64,000 bases of DNA from Takakia lepidozioides (GCA_030704615.1 CM060731.1:1550001-1614000); one strand, 5' to 3'. Shown: positions 41,501 to 54,500, counted from the first letter of the stretch. Notes: generated from the sequence alone by a model not told the origin. A program made the numbers and translations.

Positions 41501-42556
41501 ATGCCAAAAGCGGCATCATGAGCGATCGCAAGCAATGTTGTTGCAGTAAGGCGATTCGATCCTCGGGAAGGATCGTTCCTTGGCCTTGAAGTAGGCCAAG
41601 AAGAGTGCACTGGGAGGAGCTGGAGAGGCTCCACCCTTGGCCGGGACTTGGAGGAAGTCGGCCGAACTAGCTAGTGGAGAGTGGAGTCAAGTGTGGGGTT
41701 TGGTTCTTTGCCATGGGACGCCATGGTACGGAAACAAACTCCTTGATGTGGGACGCCACAACTTGGATGTTCGTTTCTACAAAATGGACAAGTCGATGAG
41801 GACATCGACTCCCTGTTGGTAGGGGTGTGTGTCGCGGCCCTTTGCCTTGAGGGCAGGGGGTCGGGACACATGAGGGGCTGCCCCTGTGGTGGGGGCAGCG
41901 GCAGCGATAGGTATGGGGGGCTGAAGCACCCTTGAGTGCCCAAGGCACTCAAGGAGGCGGAGGCGCTCACTAGGTGGAGCCCCGCACACCGGGTTGCGGT
42001 GGAGGTGGCTCCACAAGGGGTGGTGGTAGCTTAGTGGGACTTAGTGGGGGTGGCATAGGACTCACCATGGGGTGGAGACCTCGAGGTGGGAGTCGTGGGG
42101 AGTCTTGGGACTCATCACGGTCCATTGGGGCCGCGGTGAGTGGGCCAAGACTCACCGCGACTCACCACCGGGAGTCGAGGGTTTTCGTGGTGGTTCACCA
42201 TAAAATGGCATGGCTGGTTATGAAACCCCCGCGGACAGCTACAGAAGTATATATAGGGAGTAGTAACCCCGAGAACGGTGCAAGCCCGTTGGTGACCAAA
42301 AACTAGTGAGTAAGCGAGCGAGCCGGAAAGCGACCAAAGAGTGGGGAGCTGTTCCGGACTGCCATCTACCAAAGGGAATTCTCCTAGTCCCAAAGAGGTG
42401 GAGGGTTTAGAGGGAAGCGAAGGGGGGGACCGTTATGTCCCGGTGAGCAGCCGAAGCTCCAAGTTGGCCCGGGCGGCCAGGTTGGGAGTCAGGCGCGCGC
42501 ATCAAAGCGAGTAACTATGACTTGAAGGGGAGCTTACCGGAGTGAGGTGCGCGACA
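35582..42556 (+). mobile_element. Young full-length Ty3/gypsy chromovirus
   Basis: Near-identical LTRs 35582-36307 and 41830-42556 (TG...CA); TSD CCACT; tRNA-Met PBS TGGTATCAGAGC at 36310; purine-rich tract before 3' LTR. Confidence 0.97.
36363..40924 (+). CDS. Chromovirus gag-pol (gag, CCHC, PR, RT, RNase H, INT, chromodomain); frame breaks near 36540, 38183 and 39243
   Basis: [37 protein letters not shown]...SDRDPKF...DGQTER, YEVEAIL...YLVKWKGY...SW. Confidence 0.95.
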
Positions 42557-42702
42557 CCACTCCTTCACAATATCGTCAGTGTACATGGAGTCAGCCCCAG
42601 GGTTCCTCCATGCCAGGAAGAATGGTGGCTCGAAAGACAGATGACCTTTCTCCAAAAGCGAGAACTTACAGTACCTGCATTCATGAAAAACCCAATGAGG
42701 TC

Positions 42703-43460
42703 CGAAAATGGCTAAGTCCCTGAACGGCAATAGGGCCTACAACTGGAATATGGCGCCGAATTTCCACTTCAGGGCCACCCAGTCTAGGGACTTAGCCCGA
42801 AAATGGCTAAGTCCCTGGACGGCAATAGGGCCTGGAACTGGAAAACGGCGCCGAATTTCCACTTCCGGGCCAGCCACCCTAGGGACTTAGACCAAAAATG
42901 GCTAAGTCCCTGGACGGCAATAGGGCCTAGAACTAGAAAACGGCGCCGAATTTCCAGTTCCGGGCCAGCCACCCTAGGGACTTAGACCGAAAATGGCTAA
43001 GTCCCTGGACGGCAATAGGGCCTGGAACTGGAATATGGCGCCGAATTTCCACTTCAGGGCCAGCCAGTCTAGGGACTTAGCCCGAAAATGGCTAAGTCCC
43101 TGGACGGCAATAGGGCCTAGAACTGGAAAACGGCGCCGAATTTCCAGTTCCGGGCCAGCCACCCTAGGGACTTAGACCGAAAATGGCTAAGTCCCTGGAC
43201 GGCAATAGGGCCTGGAACTGGAATATGGCGCCGAATTTCCACTTCAGGGCCAGCCAGTCTAGGGACTTAGCCCGAAAATGGCTAAGTCCCTGGACGGCAA
43301 TAGGGCCTAGAACTGGAAAACGGCGCCGAATTTCCAGTTCCGGGCCAGCCACACTAGGGACTTAGCCCGAAAATGGCTAAGTCCCTGAACGGCAATAGGG
43401 CCTGGAACTGGAAAATGGCGCCGAATTTCCAGTTCCGGGCCAGCCAGTCTAGGGACTTTG
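42703..43460. repeat. 95-bp tandem array (about 8 copies) with the B motif GGCGCCGAATTTCC, inside an intron of the B cargo gene
   Basis: Motif at 42752, 42847, 42942 and onward; minus-strand GT near 43569 and AG near 42675 bracket the array. Confidence 0.9.
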
Positions 43461-46400
43461 CCATTTTCGGAGCCCTGACTGGAAATTCGGCGCCATTTTC
43501 CCTAACACCACTTAGGCCTCTAACATCCTGAAATGCCAGGACTTGAAAGAAAGGCAGCGCGTATGTACCTGTACAGAAGGCGCATTGCTGCTTTGTCCGC
43601 GTTCGGCTGGTCGGTGAACTCGTGGCTCCGGCGAGCATCTGCTATCTCCCGAAAGAATAGGTTGGTTTTGTAGAGCAGAAAGTACCTCGTCACATAGTCA
43701 CGTAGGCTCTCTGCTGCAGGAGATATCTCCATCTTGAACTGATGTGCTTGTGTGTCCAGCTGCTCTTGCGCATTCGTCGTCACCTGTGGAGATTGTCCAT
43801 CAGATCGCTTTCCTCAAAAAATACAATGAATCCACCCCCTACTAGAGTAGAAGCCCCAAACGAAGCGTGGGGAAGTACCTGAAACCACCATGTCATGCGG
43901 TTCATCCACATGTCGAATGTGGGGTCAGAGAGTTTGTCCGGTTTGGGGAAGCTCCACATGTCCCTGGTACTTTGGGAACCATTCCAGATTTGGAGCCACC
44001 GGGTCTGTCCAACCACCCAGCATATTCGTAAGCGCCAAACACCACAAAAAGGAGTTGTTGCCACCACAATTTGGTTAAGAATGTATCACCTTTTCTGTTG
44101 CATCCACACAGGATGTGGCTAGACGATGGAGCTTCTCCAATGTCATCGTGGGCTTCAGAGCGCGAGAGTAGTGCTTTCCCACCTCCACCAGAAAGTCGGC
44201 ACCAAGGGCGGGATCAGCTATGGCCACGTACTTTACCATCCGCGACTTGTACTTTATGCGGGCCCTCACCTCCGCAGCTTTGACATACGATTCGAGTTCC
44301 GGGAGGGTTGGATTCTTCTCCTCTGACTCCATGTAGAACCTCCGCGCATGTGCCAAATCCTGCTGTATTTTCGTCTGTCGAAAAGGCGCACATAAGATTA
44401 GAGATCCTGCTCAACACAATTTCTTCTATTGGGGGAGGAGAGACAAATTAGCTCAACAAAACTGCAGGAGCTTTACCCGAAATATGTAGTCCACCATGGC
44501 ATCGACGCTCAGCCTATACCAGGTTCTGTCTGCCTTTGCCTCCGACTTGCGCAGGAGGTCGGCACTGAGGGAATTGGCAAACTCTTGCACCCCCTGCTTC
44601 CCGACATCCTTCACTCGGAAGAGCATATGGGACAAGTTGGTGGCAATGAAGGCATTCTCAGTCACCCTGCAGTGCCACATTTCCATCAAACAATACTGAA
44701 ATGGGAATTTTCATCATATATGAGGATTCGCAATGAAATGACTTCCAAATTCAAAGTCCAAAAGCGAGAGGGGTTGTAGCTTACGAGTTGATGTCGGCCA
44801 TTGCAGCTTTGAGAAGACTGCGATCTTTGGGCCCCGCAACCTTCAGCACAACACAATCGACGGCGAAATGCCAATCGAGATCGTTGGGGTGGGCTTGGGC
44901 AATGTGCTCCATCCATGCCAGGAGGCGATGATTGCCGTCCCACACGTAGAACATCTTACCGGACATGTGCTGGAAAAGAGGATCACTAGCAATCGATCTC
45001 TCGAACTCCTCATTTCGCGTTTGCCAATGGGGACCCCATTTGTCCACCTCATCGGAAGTGTGGGCACGGGAAGCTCCGTGGTCGTTCTCAATGGAAACGT
45101 AAAAGGCGGCAGACCCCATTCGATATCCATCCCGGAAAGAGAATTTCAGCTTGTCGATATCGCCTGGGAGGGCAGGTCTCACCACCTGCAATGACACCAA
45201 GCGGCAAAGGGGAATTCGAAGCTTGGCCGGGTACACCATGCCCCCCAGCACCCTACCAATGTTGCTGTGGGTTGCCTCCAACATCTTGGCAGCGGCCAAC
45301 TTCATATCCGCCTCAGACATGACGTCTGCTGCAGAGGGGTTTTCCGGCAGCCCACCAAGACCGCCAAATCCAGCCTGTATGCTCCGGGTTTGGGGCCTGG
45401 GGATGTCCGGGAGAATGTCATCCTGGTCAGAAACATCCATGTCGTCCTCCTCAACAGGGTCAGCCACCTGCGAAACCACCTCCAGCACTCTCGTCGTCTC
45501 TACTGCCCTCTCCCTGGCTTCACCTCGAACTTGCACAATCGGTGCTCTTTCAGGTGTTCTTTCCTCTCCTCCACTCTCCACCGTATGGGTAATTGCGGGG
45601 GCTGCACTTGCCCGCGATGGTCTAACCGGTGTGCTACTGCCTCTCTGTGGTGTCTTGTAGGGATCCACCGTCTCTGTGTGTCCCTCGCTTACATTGGCAT
45701 CTGTCATTTGGGCACCCCTGGCCTCTTCAGCTGCCTTTTGTCTTTCCTCCTTGCTAGCATTCTGTCTCGTCTGTTCTTTTGCCCTCTCTTTTGCCCTCTC
45801 ACGGGCTTTCTGTTTCTTACTAGGGCTAGCAACAGGGGAGCCCTCCAGGACGACCACCTTTGATTGAGGCGAACTGACACCCTCGCGCGCACTGCTCACT
45901 CCCCCCTCCGCAGCCCGTGACTGCTCTCTCGCCGGGGATTGCATGTGCTTAGCTTTCTTCTTTTTCTTTGCGTGGGCGGGCCCTACTGCATGTGCATGAA
46001 CAACCTCCATTGCCGGATCTGCTGTCCTCATGTCCTCACGCCCTTCACCTGCCATGCCGCCTGCACCAACCTCCCCAATGCCTACTCTATCGTAATCTCG
46101 TTGCAAGTCCTCCCGTCCACCAACAAAAGATTTAAGTTTGCCCTCTCGCCCCAAGTTGGGCGATTCAAACATGCGATGAGTTGGAGCTGTCGATGATACC
46201 ACCAGCGTGCCGGGCTCGTCGTCACTCTGTGATTGACAAAAATCGTGAACACCAACAGCGGTGCAAAAAGCAGCAGCGCAACCACCATAGCAGCAATCAT
46301 GTAGCAAAAATGAAAACATAACAAGTTTAGGAAGTATGGAGAGCCATGCAACAACAATGAAAACAAATGCAACCATTGCCTAAGAATGACATGCACAAGC

Positions 46401-46965
46401 AGCCTTCTCCAGAGCTGCCGGATTTGCACACGCATTGCAAACAATCTAAGGTTCAGTCAACTATCTAAAGTTCACTCATACAGCAAAGCCAGGATGAAGA
46501 TGCAGAAACAAAGCGAGGTAACGAAGCGAAAGCAAAAAAGAAATCGAACAAACCGAAAGCAGAAGTGGCTTGCCTGAGAGTACTCGGCTTCAGTTGGCGC
46601 ACGTTGTGAGCAAGACACTGGAATCTCCTGCTGGAGCTTCAGTTTGGCCATGCGAGAGATTGGCCGTCGTCCGTAGTACAGAGCTTTCAACTTCCGCCGC
46701 GGTCTGGATCTGAGGTCTCTCTCAGGAGAGCCACGCCCTTCAGGCGGCATAAGTCCCAGCCAAAAAGATCTCATTTTTTGGGGTACATGCCTGGAATACC
46801 ATGTTAAGCCAAGTATAGCATGAGATTTAGGGTACGTGTCCAGGAAGCCATGCGTCGCCAGCCCGAATAATAACCGACGGCCGTCGACATTTATTGCCCA
46901 ACTGCGCAATTAAATGTCGGATGAAGCCCTCCATGTCAGAAGAAAATCGACGAAAACAGTCCCGG

Positions 46966-48690
46966 AATTTCCTTCCAGCAGGTAAATCGGAAGCGCGCGG
47001 ATGGAAATCCGGCGCCGAATTTCCATCCGCGCAGGTAGGGCGGTGCGCCAAATTTCCTTCAAGCAGGTAATTCGGAGGCGCGCGGATGGAAATCCGGCGC
47101 CGAATTTCCATCCGCGCAAGTAGCGCGGTGCGCCAAATTTCCTTCAAGCAGGTAATTCGGATGCGCGCGGATGAAAATCCGGCGCCGAATTTCCATCCGC
47201 GCAGGTAGCGCGGTGCGCCAAATTTCCTTCAAGCAGGTAATTCGGATGCGCGCGGATGGAAATCCGGCGCCGAATTTCCATCCGCGCAGGTAGGGCGGTG
47301 CGCCAAATTTCCTTCGAGCAGGTAATTCGGAAGCGCGCGGATGGAAATCCGGCGCCGAATTTCCATCCGCGCAGGTAGGGCGGTGCGCCAAATTTCCTTC
47401 AAGCAGGTAATTCGGAGGCGCGCGGATGGAAATCCGGCGCCGAATTTCCATCCGCGCAGGTAGGGCGGTGCGCCAAATTTCCTTCAAGCAGGTAATTCGG
47501 AGGCGCGCGGATGGAAATCCGGCGCCGAATTTCCATCCGCGCAGTAGGGCGGTGCGCCAAATTTCCTTCAAGCAGGTAATTCGGAGGCGCGCGGATGGAA
47601 ATCCGGCGCCGAATTTCCATCCGCGCAGGTAGGGCGGTGCGCCAAATTTCCTTCAAGCAGGTAATTCGGAGGCGCGCGGATGGAAATCCGGCGCCGAATT
47701 TCCATCCGCGCAGGTAGGCGCGGTGCGCCAAATTTCCTTCGAGCAGGTAATTCGGAAGCGCGCGGATGGAAATCCGGCGCCGAATTTCCATCCGCGCAGG
47801 TAGCGCGGTGCGCCAAATTTCCTTCGAGCAGGTAATTCGGAAGCGCGCGGATGGAAATCCGGCGCCGAATTTCCATCCGCGCAGGTAGGGCGGTGCGCCA
47901 AATTTCCTTCGAGCAGGTAATTCGGAAGCGCGCGGATGGAATCCGGCGCCGAATTTCCATCCGCGCAGGTAGGGCGGTGCGCCAAATTTCCTTCGAGCAG
48001 GTAATTCGGAGGCGCGCGGATGGAAATCCGGCGCCGAATTTCCATCCGCGCAGGTAGGGCGGTGCGCCAAATTTCCTTCAAGCAGGTAATTCGGATGCGC
48101 GCGGATGGAAATCCGGCGCCGAATTTCCATCCGCGCAGGTAGCGCGGTGCGCCAAATTTCCTTCAAGCAGGTAATTCGGATGCGCGCGGATGGAAATCCG
48201 GCGCCGATTTCCATCCGCGCAGGTAGCGCGGTGCGCCAAATTTCCTTCCAGCAGGTAATTCGGATGCGCGCGGATGGAAATCCGGCGCCGAATTTCCATC
48301 CGCGCAGGAGGGGGTGCGCCAAATTTCCTTCGAGCAGGTAATTCGGAAGCGCGCGGATGGAATCCGGCGCCGAATTTCCATCCGCGCAGGTAGGTCTGTG
48401 CGCCAAATTTCCTTCCAGCAGGTAATTCGGCGCGCGGATGGAAATCCGGCGCCGAATTTCCATCCGCGCAGGAGGTCGGTGCGCCAAATTTCCTTCAAGC
48501 AGGTAATTCGGATGCGCGCGGATGGAAATCCGGCGCCGAATTTCCATCCGCGCAGGTAGGTCTGTGCGCCAAATTTCCTTCCAGCAGGTAATTCGGAAGC
48601 GCGCGGATGGAAATCCGGCGCCGAATTTCCATCCGCGCAGGAGGTCGGTGCGCCAAATTTCCCTGAAGCAGGTAATTCGGCGCCGAATTT
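46966..48690. repeat. 85-bp CpG-rich tandem array (about 20 copies), each with a near-perfect 38-bp palindrome GCGCGGATGGAAATCCGGCGCCGAATTTCCATCCGCGC
   Basis: Unit starts 47051, 47136, 47221 and onward. Confidence 0.97.
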
Positions 48691-48699
48691 CCATCCTGC

Positions 48700-49130
48700 A
48701 GGTAATTCGAATCGTGGATGAATGGAAATTCGGCGCCGAATTTCCATTCGCCATTTATTTCTGAGCGAGGATTACCTTCGTGCAGGTAATTCCCATATAA
48801 GAATTACCTTCGTGCAGGTAATTCGCATATAAGAATTATCTTCATGCAGGTAATTTCCAGATGAGAATTACCTTTGTGCAGGTAATTCTGGACGAGGAAT
48901 AAACATCGATTGGAATTACCTGCAGGAAGGTTATTGTCATCTGCAAATTACCTGTACGAAGGTAATTCTTATATGCGAATTACCTGCCCGAAGGTAATTC
49001 TTATATGGGAATTACCTGCACGAAGGTAATTCCTCGCTCAGAAATAAATGGCGAGTGGAAATCCGGCGCCGAATATCCATACGGCACTGATCCGACTTAC
49101 CTGCTGGATGGAAATTCGGCGCCGAATTTC
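48700..49130. repeat. Long inverted repeat centred near 48900, built from the sub-palindrome GAATTACCTTCGTGCAGGTAATTC
   Basis: About 48720-48860 is the reverse complement of about 48945-49080. Confidence 0.85.
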
Positions 49131-50150
49131 CATTCATCCGTGATTCGAATTACCTGCATGATGGAAATCCGGCGCCGAATCTGCATCCCCAGGGATTCGA
49201 ATTACCTGCAGGATGGAAATTCGGCGCCGAATCTCCATCCATCCGAGGTTCCACTTACCTGCTGGATGGAAATTCGGCGCCGAATTTCCATTCGTCCGGG
49301 ATTCGAATTACCTGCAGGATGGAAATTCGGCGCCGAATCTCCATCCATCCGAGATTCCACTTACCTGCTGGATGGAAATTCGGCGCCGAATCTCCATTCG
49401 TCTGGGATTCGAATTACCTGCAGGATGGAAATTCGGCGCCGAATCTCCATCCATCCGAGATTCCACTTACCTGCTGGATGGAAATTCGGCGCCGAATCTC
49501 CATCCGGGGGATGGTCTCTGTCGGAGAGGTGCCGCCTCTCCGCCGCTCTGTTGGATATTCGGTGCCGAATTTCCGTCCCGGGGGTTGAAATATGACTGCC
49601 AGGTTCCGACCTCTCCCCCCCCCGACTGCATTGGAACGGCCCCGAATTGAAATTCGGCGCCGTTTTCCCATCTGTGGAGGTTTTTATGTCGGCCAGTTTT
49701 CGCTCTGACCCCCCGACAACACTTCCTTTGGGGGGGCCGGATGGAAATTCGGCGCCGAATGTCCGTCCAGGGGATGTTCTCTGTCGCACACTGGCCGGCC
49801 TCTGTGCCCCAGGCGACTTCATCCGGGCGTCCCCTGTTCGATATTCGTTGCCGAATTTCCGTCCGGGGTTGAAATGTGACAGCCAACTGCAGGCCACTCC
49901 CCCCTCCCCGACTGCATCCGAATCGCCCCGGATGGAAATTCGGCGCCGTTTTTCCATCTGGGGATGTTTTTATGCCGTCCAGTTTTCGGCCTGACCCCCC
50001 GACACGACTCCCTTGGGGGGACCGGATGGAAATTCGGCGCCGAATCTCCATCCAGGGGATGTTCTCTGTCGCACACACTCCGGCCTCTGCGCCCGAGGCG
50101 ACTTCATCCGGGCTTCCTCTGTTGGATGTTGGGTGCCGAATTTCCATTCG
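49058..50150. repeat. Element B palindrome array with 53-bp period, followed by longer degenerate duplications carrying the same motif
   Basis: GAAATTCGGCGCCGAAT at 49111, 49164, 49216, 49269, 49322, 49375, 49428, 49481. Confidence 0.9.
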
Positions 50151-50450
50151 GGGGTAGTAATGTGACGGCACGGTGCCGGCTTATCCCCTTCAGCCGTCAT
50201 CATCCGGACGGCCCCCCACTTTCTGACTGCATACCGTTGGCAGTTATTGCGCAAAGACGAGGGGCCGCATTCCGGAGACAAGGTTCATTAACACTCTGAC
50301 TGTGGATTTTTGAGATAGTTGGCTCCCTGGATTTGGATCAGGCTTCGTCGCTCGGACAAATCGGCATCGCATTCATTCCCATCGCTGCACCCCCTTCTAC
50401 CAGGGAGCTTCCCCGCACGCCATCCTGGCAGTCTTGTGTGCACATCTCCC

Positions 50451-53400
50451 ATGGCGGAAAACCCGAGCGCTACAGTGTACTGCCCTCCTCACGAGCATAG
50501 AGCTTCATTTCCGTGCAGAGGGGACACCTGCCGGGTGATGGAGAAATATCTGTGCGTTCGATACCACCTGAAACCGGGGTCGGTTTTTTTGGAGGAGGAA
50601 AGGAAGGACTCAAACGGCCTTGTTGTCGAGAGTATTGTTGTGCTCCACGATGATTTCGGCGATGGCAGGGAATGGCGAGTTCCACCATCGGACAGCGTCA
50701 TATACAGGGCTGTTGGGGACTTCATTTGCCCGCCAAATGCACCGTCTATCCTGGCGCTTCCACGAAACAATCCGCGAATCAGAGAGTGGGTACCTCAAAG
50801 AGAGAAGTCCGCAACGAAGTAAATCCAGAGCCGAACCCATCCATGAAGACGACCGAGAACCGGGTTGTTCACAACCTGTCCGACTCAGACGAGGTCATGG
50901 AAGTTCCGAGGTCGTCCTGGAGATCAGGCAAGTCCTCAATGGACGTCAGTGGAGGAGGGAGTCATATTCCCAGCACGAGCACCGCAGTTCGATCTATTCT
51001 AGAAATTCTGCGAGGGCTTCACCTGGAGGGACACCGGTCGGAGCTGGCCGGGCTGGACTACAGCAAGTTCGCAATTAAATCGGTTACATGCCTTCCCGCC
51101 GACGTCGACGGTAATATCTTCTTTGAGTTCCCTCCTCGGGCGGACTACTCGAGGGCGTCCGGAATGTTGACAGATATGGATAGAAAACATGACGGTCATC
51201 CTTGGTGCGTTACCAAAACCACCAGCATGAAGATGCTTGATGGTGTGCGGGTGCGCTACGTTGTTTGTGCGGGCGCGTTGCGGTGTTTCTCCCCAACTTG
51301 CTTCCACTTTAAATCCAGAGGTCACAGGAACGAGACCGATTGGACAGGCACAGCTCACCAACCATTTCGAGCTCAGGAGAAGGTTCCGAACTCCACATTT
51401 AAGTGTGCGCATTGCAAAGAACCACCACACTGCATGTCTGTTTGTAATGCCAAGCAGTTCTATGTGTTGCACCGTTTCCCTGACCTCACCCGAGCTTGCA
51501 TACACGTTGGTTCCCATTGTCACAAATTGGCGAGGGGGAACTCGCGGGAGGCTGCCCACGAAGCAGAGCAGCTCGTTCAGGAGGAGGTTAAGTTGAGACC
51601 GGGTGCCAAACCCAAACAGATACAGCTCCAAGCCGCCCATAAGATGGCATTGGCCAGAATTATGTCGGAAGACGGCTCGGATAGAGTTCCTCTCGATGAG
51701 AAGGAAATGGAGGCATTGCTAGAGTCGGTGTCCCACGTATGTTCACCGAATGTCCGAAACCACATTGTCTCATGCAAACAGAAAATTGGGCGTGGCTCGG
51801 ATATGCACTCCATTCTGGAGGTGAAGCGACGATGTGGATATGACTACATTCATGGAAGTAGGTTTCCAGGACAAGGGACTGAGGCAGATCGTTGTTTCGT
51901 ATTCAAAATGTCCACGTGTGGACCTGGCAGTGGCGTCGAACTGGTCGACAGGATGACGAGTGGGAACTTGTCAAACAGTTGGGTCATGTTCGACCATATC
52001 AAGCGAATTACAAATCACCAGTGGGTGACAATGGGTGCACATGTCTACGACACCCACTGCAGGATGCTAATGACAATTGCTATTTGTGAGATGAAAGGAG
52101 AGGACACACAATCGGAGATGCTTCTTTGGCAGGGAATAAACGAACAGATGGCCAAGGCGGGATTGCCCCCTCCCAATTTCCGTGGTTTCATGGCGGACAA
52201 CGCACAAGCAAATTGGGCTGCCATCCGAAGGGTGTACGGGCAAGACCCCAATGTTCCCATGGAAGGCAAGGAGAGATCTTGTGGGTTCCACTTTCTGCAG
52301 AGCCTTTCGCAGTACACAACCAGGCTCGTGGCGCCAGATTTCAGAGAGGAGCACCGTTCCATGTGCCTTGCGTGGAAGCGCGCTCCCACCTTGGATGATG
52401 CAGAGACACAGTTTGCATGCATACGGGCTTGGTGGACATCGTCAGGTGCTGTAAGGAAATCAGACGAAGGAGCAATGGTCAGTTGGCTAGCATGGTGGCA
52501 TTATCGTTTCCTCCAGTTCGGCGACTATATGCGGGAGGTGAGTTGCACGAATTCGCGTCCCGTTGGATATTATTCTTGGCCATATTTGTAACTTGCTTGT
52601 AACCTCAACATGTGCTTGTGCAGGAAATGTGTCTCGACTCCGACACCGACATGCCCACGACAAACATGGCCGAATCAGTGCACTCTTCCTGGCGTGCCTC
52701 CTCTGCGGCGCATCTGGTGGACATCCTCACTGCCACAACGGAGGACATTGTGAGGTCAATTATGCAGCAATGCAGGTACAACGAGTTCTTGAAAGGGAAA
52801 CAGTGGGCTTGGGGCCGGACAGGCAGGAAATGCTGATGCGGACTGCCTCCAGATCGAAGAATCCTCGGAAGTGGGCGGCGGCCTTGCGAGAGGGCCTTCG
52901 GGACACGCCATTGCTGCGAAGAGGCCAACATTTGGAAGGAGATGTTCATACCCGTCCAGTGAGACGAAGACTTGACGAGGCACCTGGCGGAGAAGAGGAT
53001 TCATGGCGAGCTGACAAGAATATTCGCACGCTCCCTCGTGGTCCGGTGATGTTGTCCGAGGAGGTCTCGTCGAGCACCGGAAGTCCTGCACGTTCAAGAT
53101 CGCCATCTCCTTTGAGCACAGGGCGCGTGCCCCGGCAACATAACGAGCCATCTGTAGTAAAGCAATACAACATTCCCATTGTGGAGACAAGAGTGTCGGA
53201 GTCACAGTGGAGAATTGCGAGGACATTGCCGGCATTTCGAGGGAAGTGTTGCGCCATCCGGGTGGATACGAGAGCACGCTGTGGTGAGATGATTCGGAGG
53301 AACCCACACGGTGCTGTACCTGCACCTTGTTTCAGCGGCAGATTTTTGACTCCCACATTTGCTCACGCCACAACGCAGACATTTTGGTTCTGTAGGCACG

Positions 53401-54041
53401 ACATAATGACCTGTGTATTTGGCAAGCCCAAGTACGGGATTCAGGGAATGCCGGAGCCTCCGGGCGTCTGGCCTGTTGCACCGGGTTGCAGCCTCTCTCA
53501 GAATGAGGCGGATGCTCTATCTGCAGCAGGATTTTGAATGGTGCAACGCACAGACATCCCGGCCCACGCATTTCCGGTTCCTCAGACCCAGCCATTGCAT
53601 ACTGCTCGGTCCAGTAGAGACGGATTGGACAATTTTGCACATCCCACAATGCGATTCGGAAGAGTGAAGAGACGACACCCTCCCAACAAGTTGAATGAGA
53701 CTCGGATTGCCAATGCTCTTGGGATGGCTTGCACTATTCAGAGCTCCGTGGACGTACCCCCACCCGGCCTTGGGCGTGTGTATCGGATGGCAACGGCCGG
53801 CTCGGCTGTACGCGACGATGTATACACAATTACGATTGGAGTGGAGCCGACTTGCAACTGTACGGACTTCTCGTTGATGGAAGCAAAGAAGGGTTCGAAG
53901 TATTATCCGTGCAAGCATCTGTATTACATTTACCTGAAGAGGTTGAGGATGAACGTGACTATTGATGACTTTATTCATGCACCGGCGTTGAGCGTGAACG
54001 AGCTGCACAAACTCCTCCTTAGGGATTCCAGAAATCATTGA
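50451..54041 (+). pseudogene. Element B Mutator-type DDE transposase with GCM-like N-terminal zinc domain and C-terminal SWIM; intron 52538-52623, frameshift near 52805, stop at 53535
   Basis: DGHPW...CAGALRC...CAHC...C...HVGSHCH; WVMFDH, FMADNA, CGFH, TTNMAESVH; CNCTDF...PCKHL; the true start is uncertain (50451 or 50843). Confidence 0.85.
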
Positions 54042-54199
54042 TGGGGCAAACGGAATCCTCCATATGGATATTTTCAAATGCATTTTGCTGTATCAGACTT
54101 TTTTTTTGCAGTGTAATGAAATGCACCCCAAAACTCCTGGAATGAGGCAATATTCCATTCAAACTGAGATCCAACAGAAGCAGTTCTGGGGCCATTTCT

Positions 54200-54500
54200 G
54201 GAAAAATGGCGCCGAATTCTCTTTTTGGGGCCGAAAACTCGCTAAGTCCCAACATGCACTGGTACCTGTGTTTGGGAAATGGCGCCGAATTTCTCTTTTT
54301 GGGGCCGAAAACTGGCTAAGTCCCAACATGCACTGGTACCGTGTCTGGAAAAATGGCGCCGAATTTCTCTTTTTGGGCCGAAAACTGGCTAAGTCCCAAC
54401 ATGCACTGGTACAGTGTCTGGAAAAATGGCGCCGAATTTCCCTATTTTGCGCCGAAAACTGGCTAAGTCCGAACATGCACTGGAAAATGGCGCCGAATTA
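54200..54500. repeat. 73-74-bp tandem array with the B motif, near the right TIR of B
   Basis: GGCGCCGAATT at 54208, 54281, 54355, 54428. Confidence 0.9.

Larger units (their letters stand above)
33346..46750 (-). pseudogene. Element B multi-exon ParB-like + N4C/N6A-type methyltransferase gene, interrupted by a chromovirus
   Basis: FYVWDGNHRLLAW (about 44930); DMILLDIPDG (about 34820); RYSRTRSPAFIQTLMETCSDVQGRILDLTCGTG / GASMWAGTLSDRHVFAFE; exon-by-exon homology with the A copy. Confidence 0.82.

Noticed and set aside
28789-46750. Bacterial or plasmid contamination as the source of ParB and methyltransferase
   Set aside because: Both copies have matching spliceosomal introns and are nested with plant LTR elements through clean TSDs
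46827-49957. Long ORFs with repeated MEIRRRISIR / GWKFGAEF peptides
   Set aside because: Translations of stop-poor palindromic tandem arrays, open in several frames on both strands
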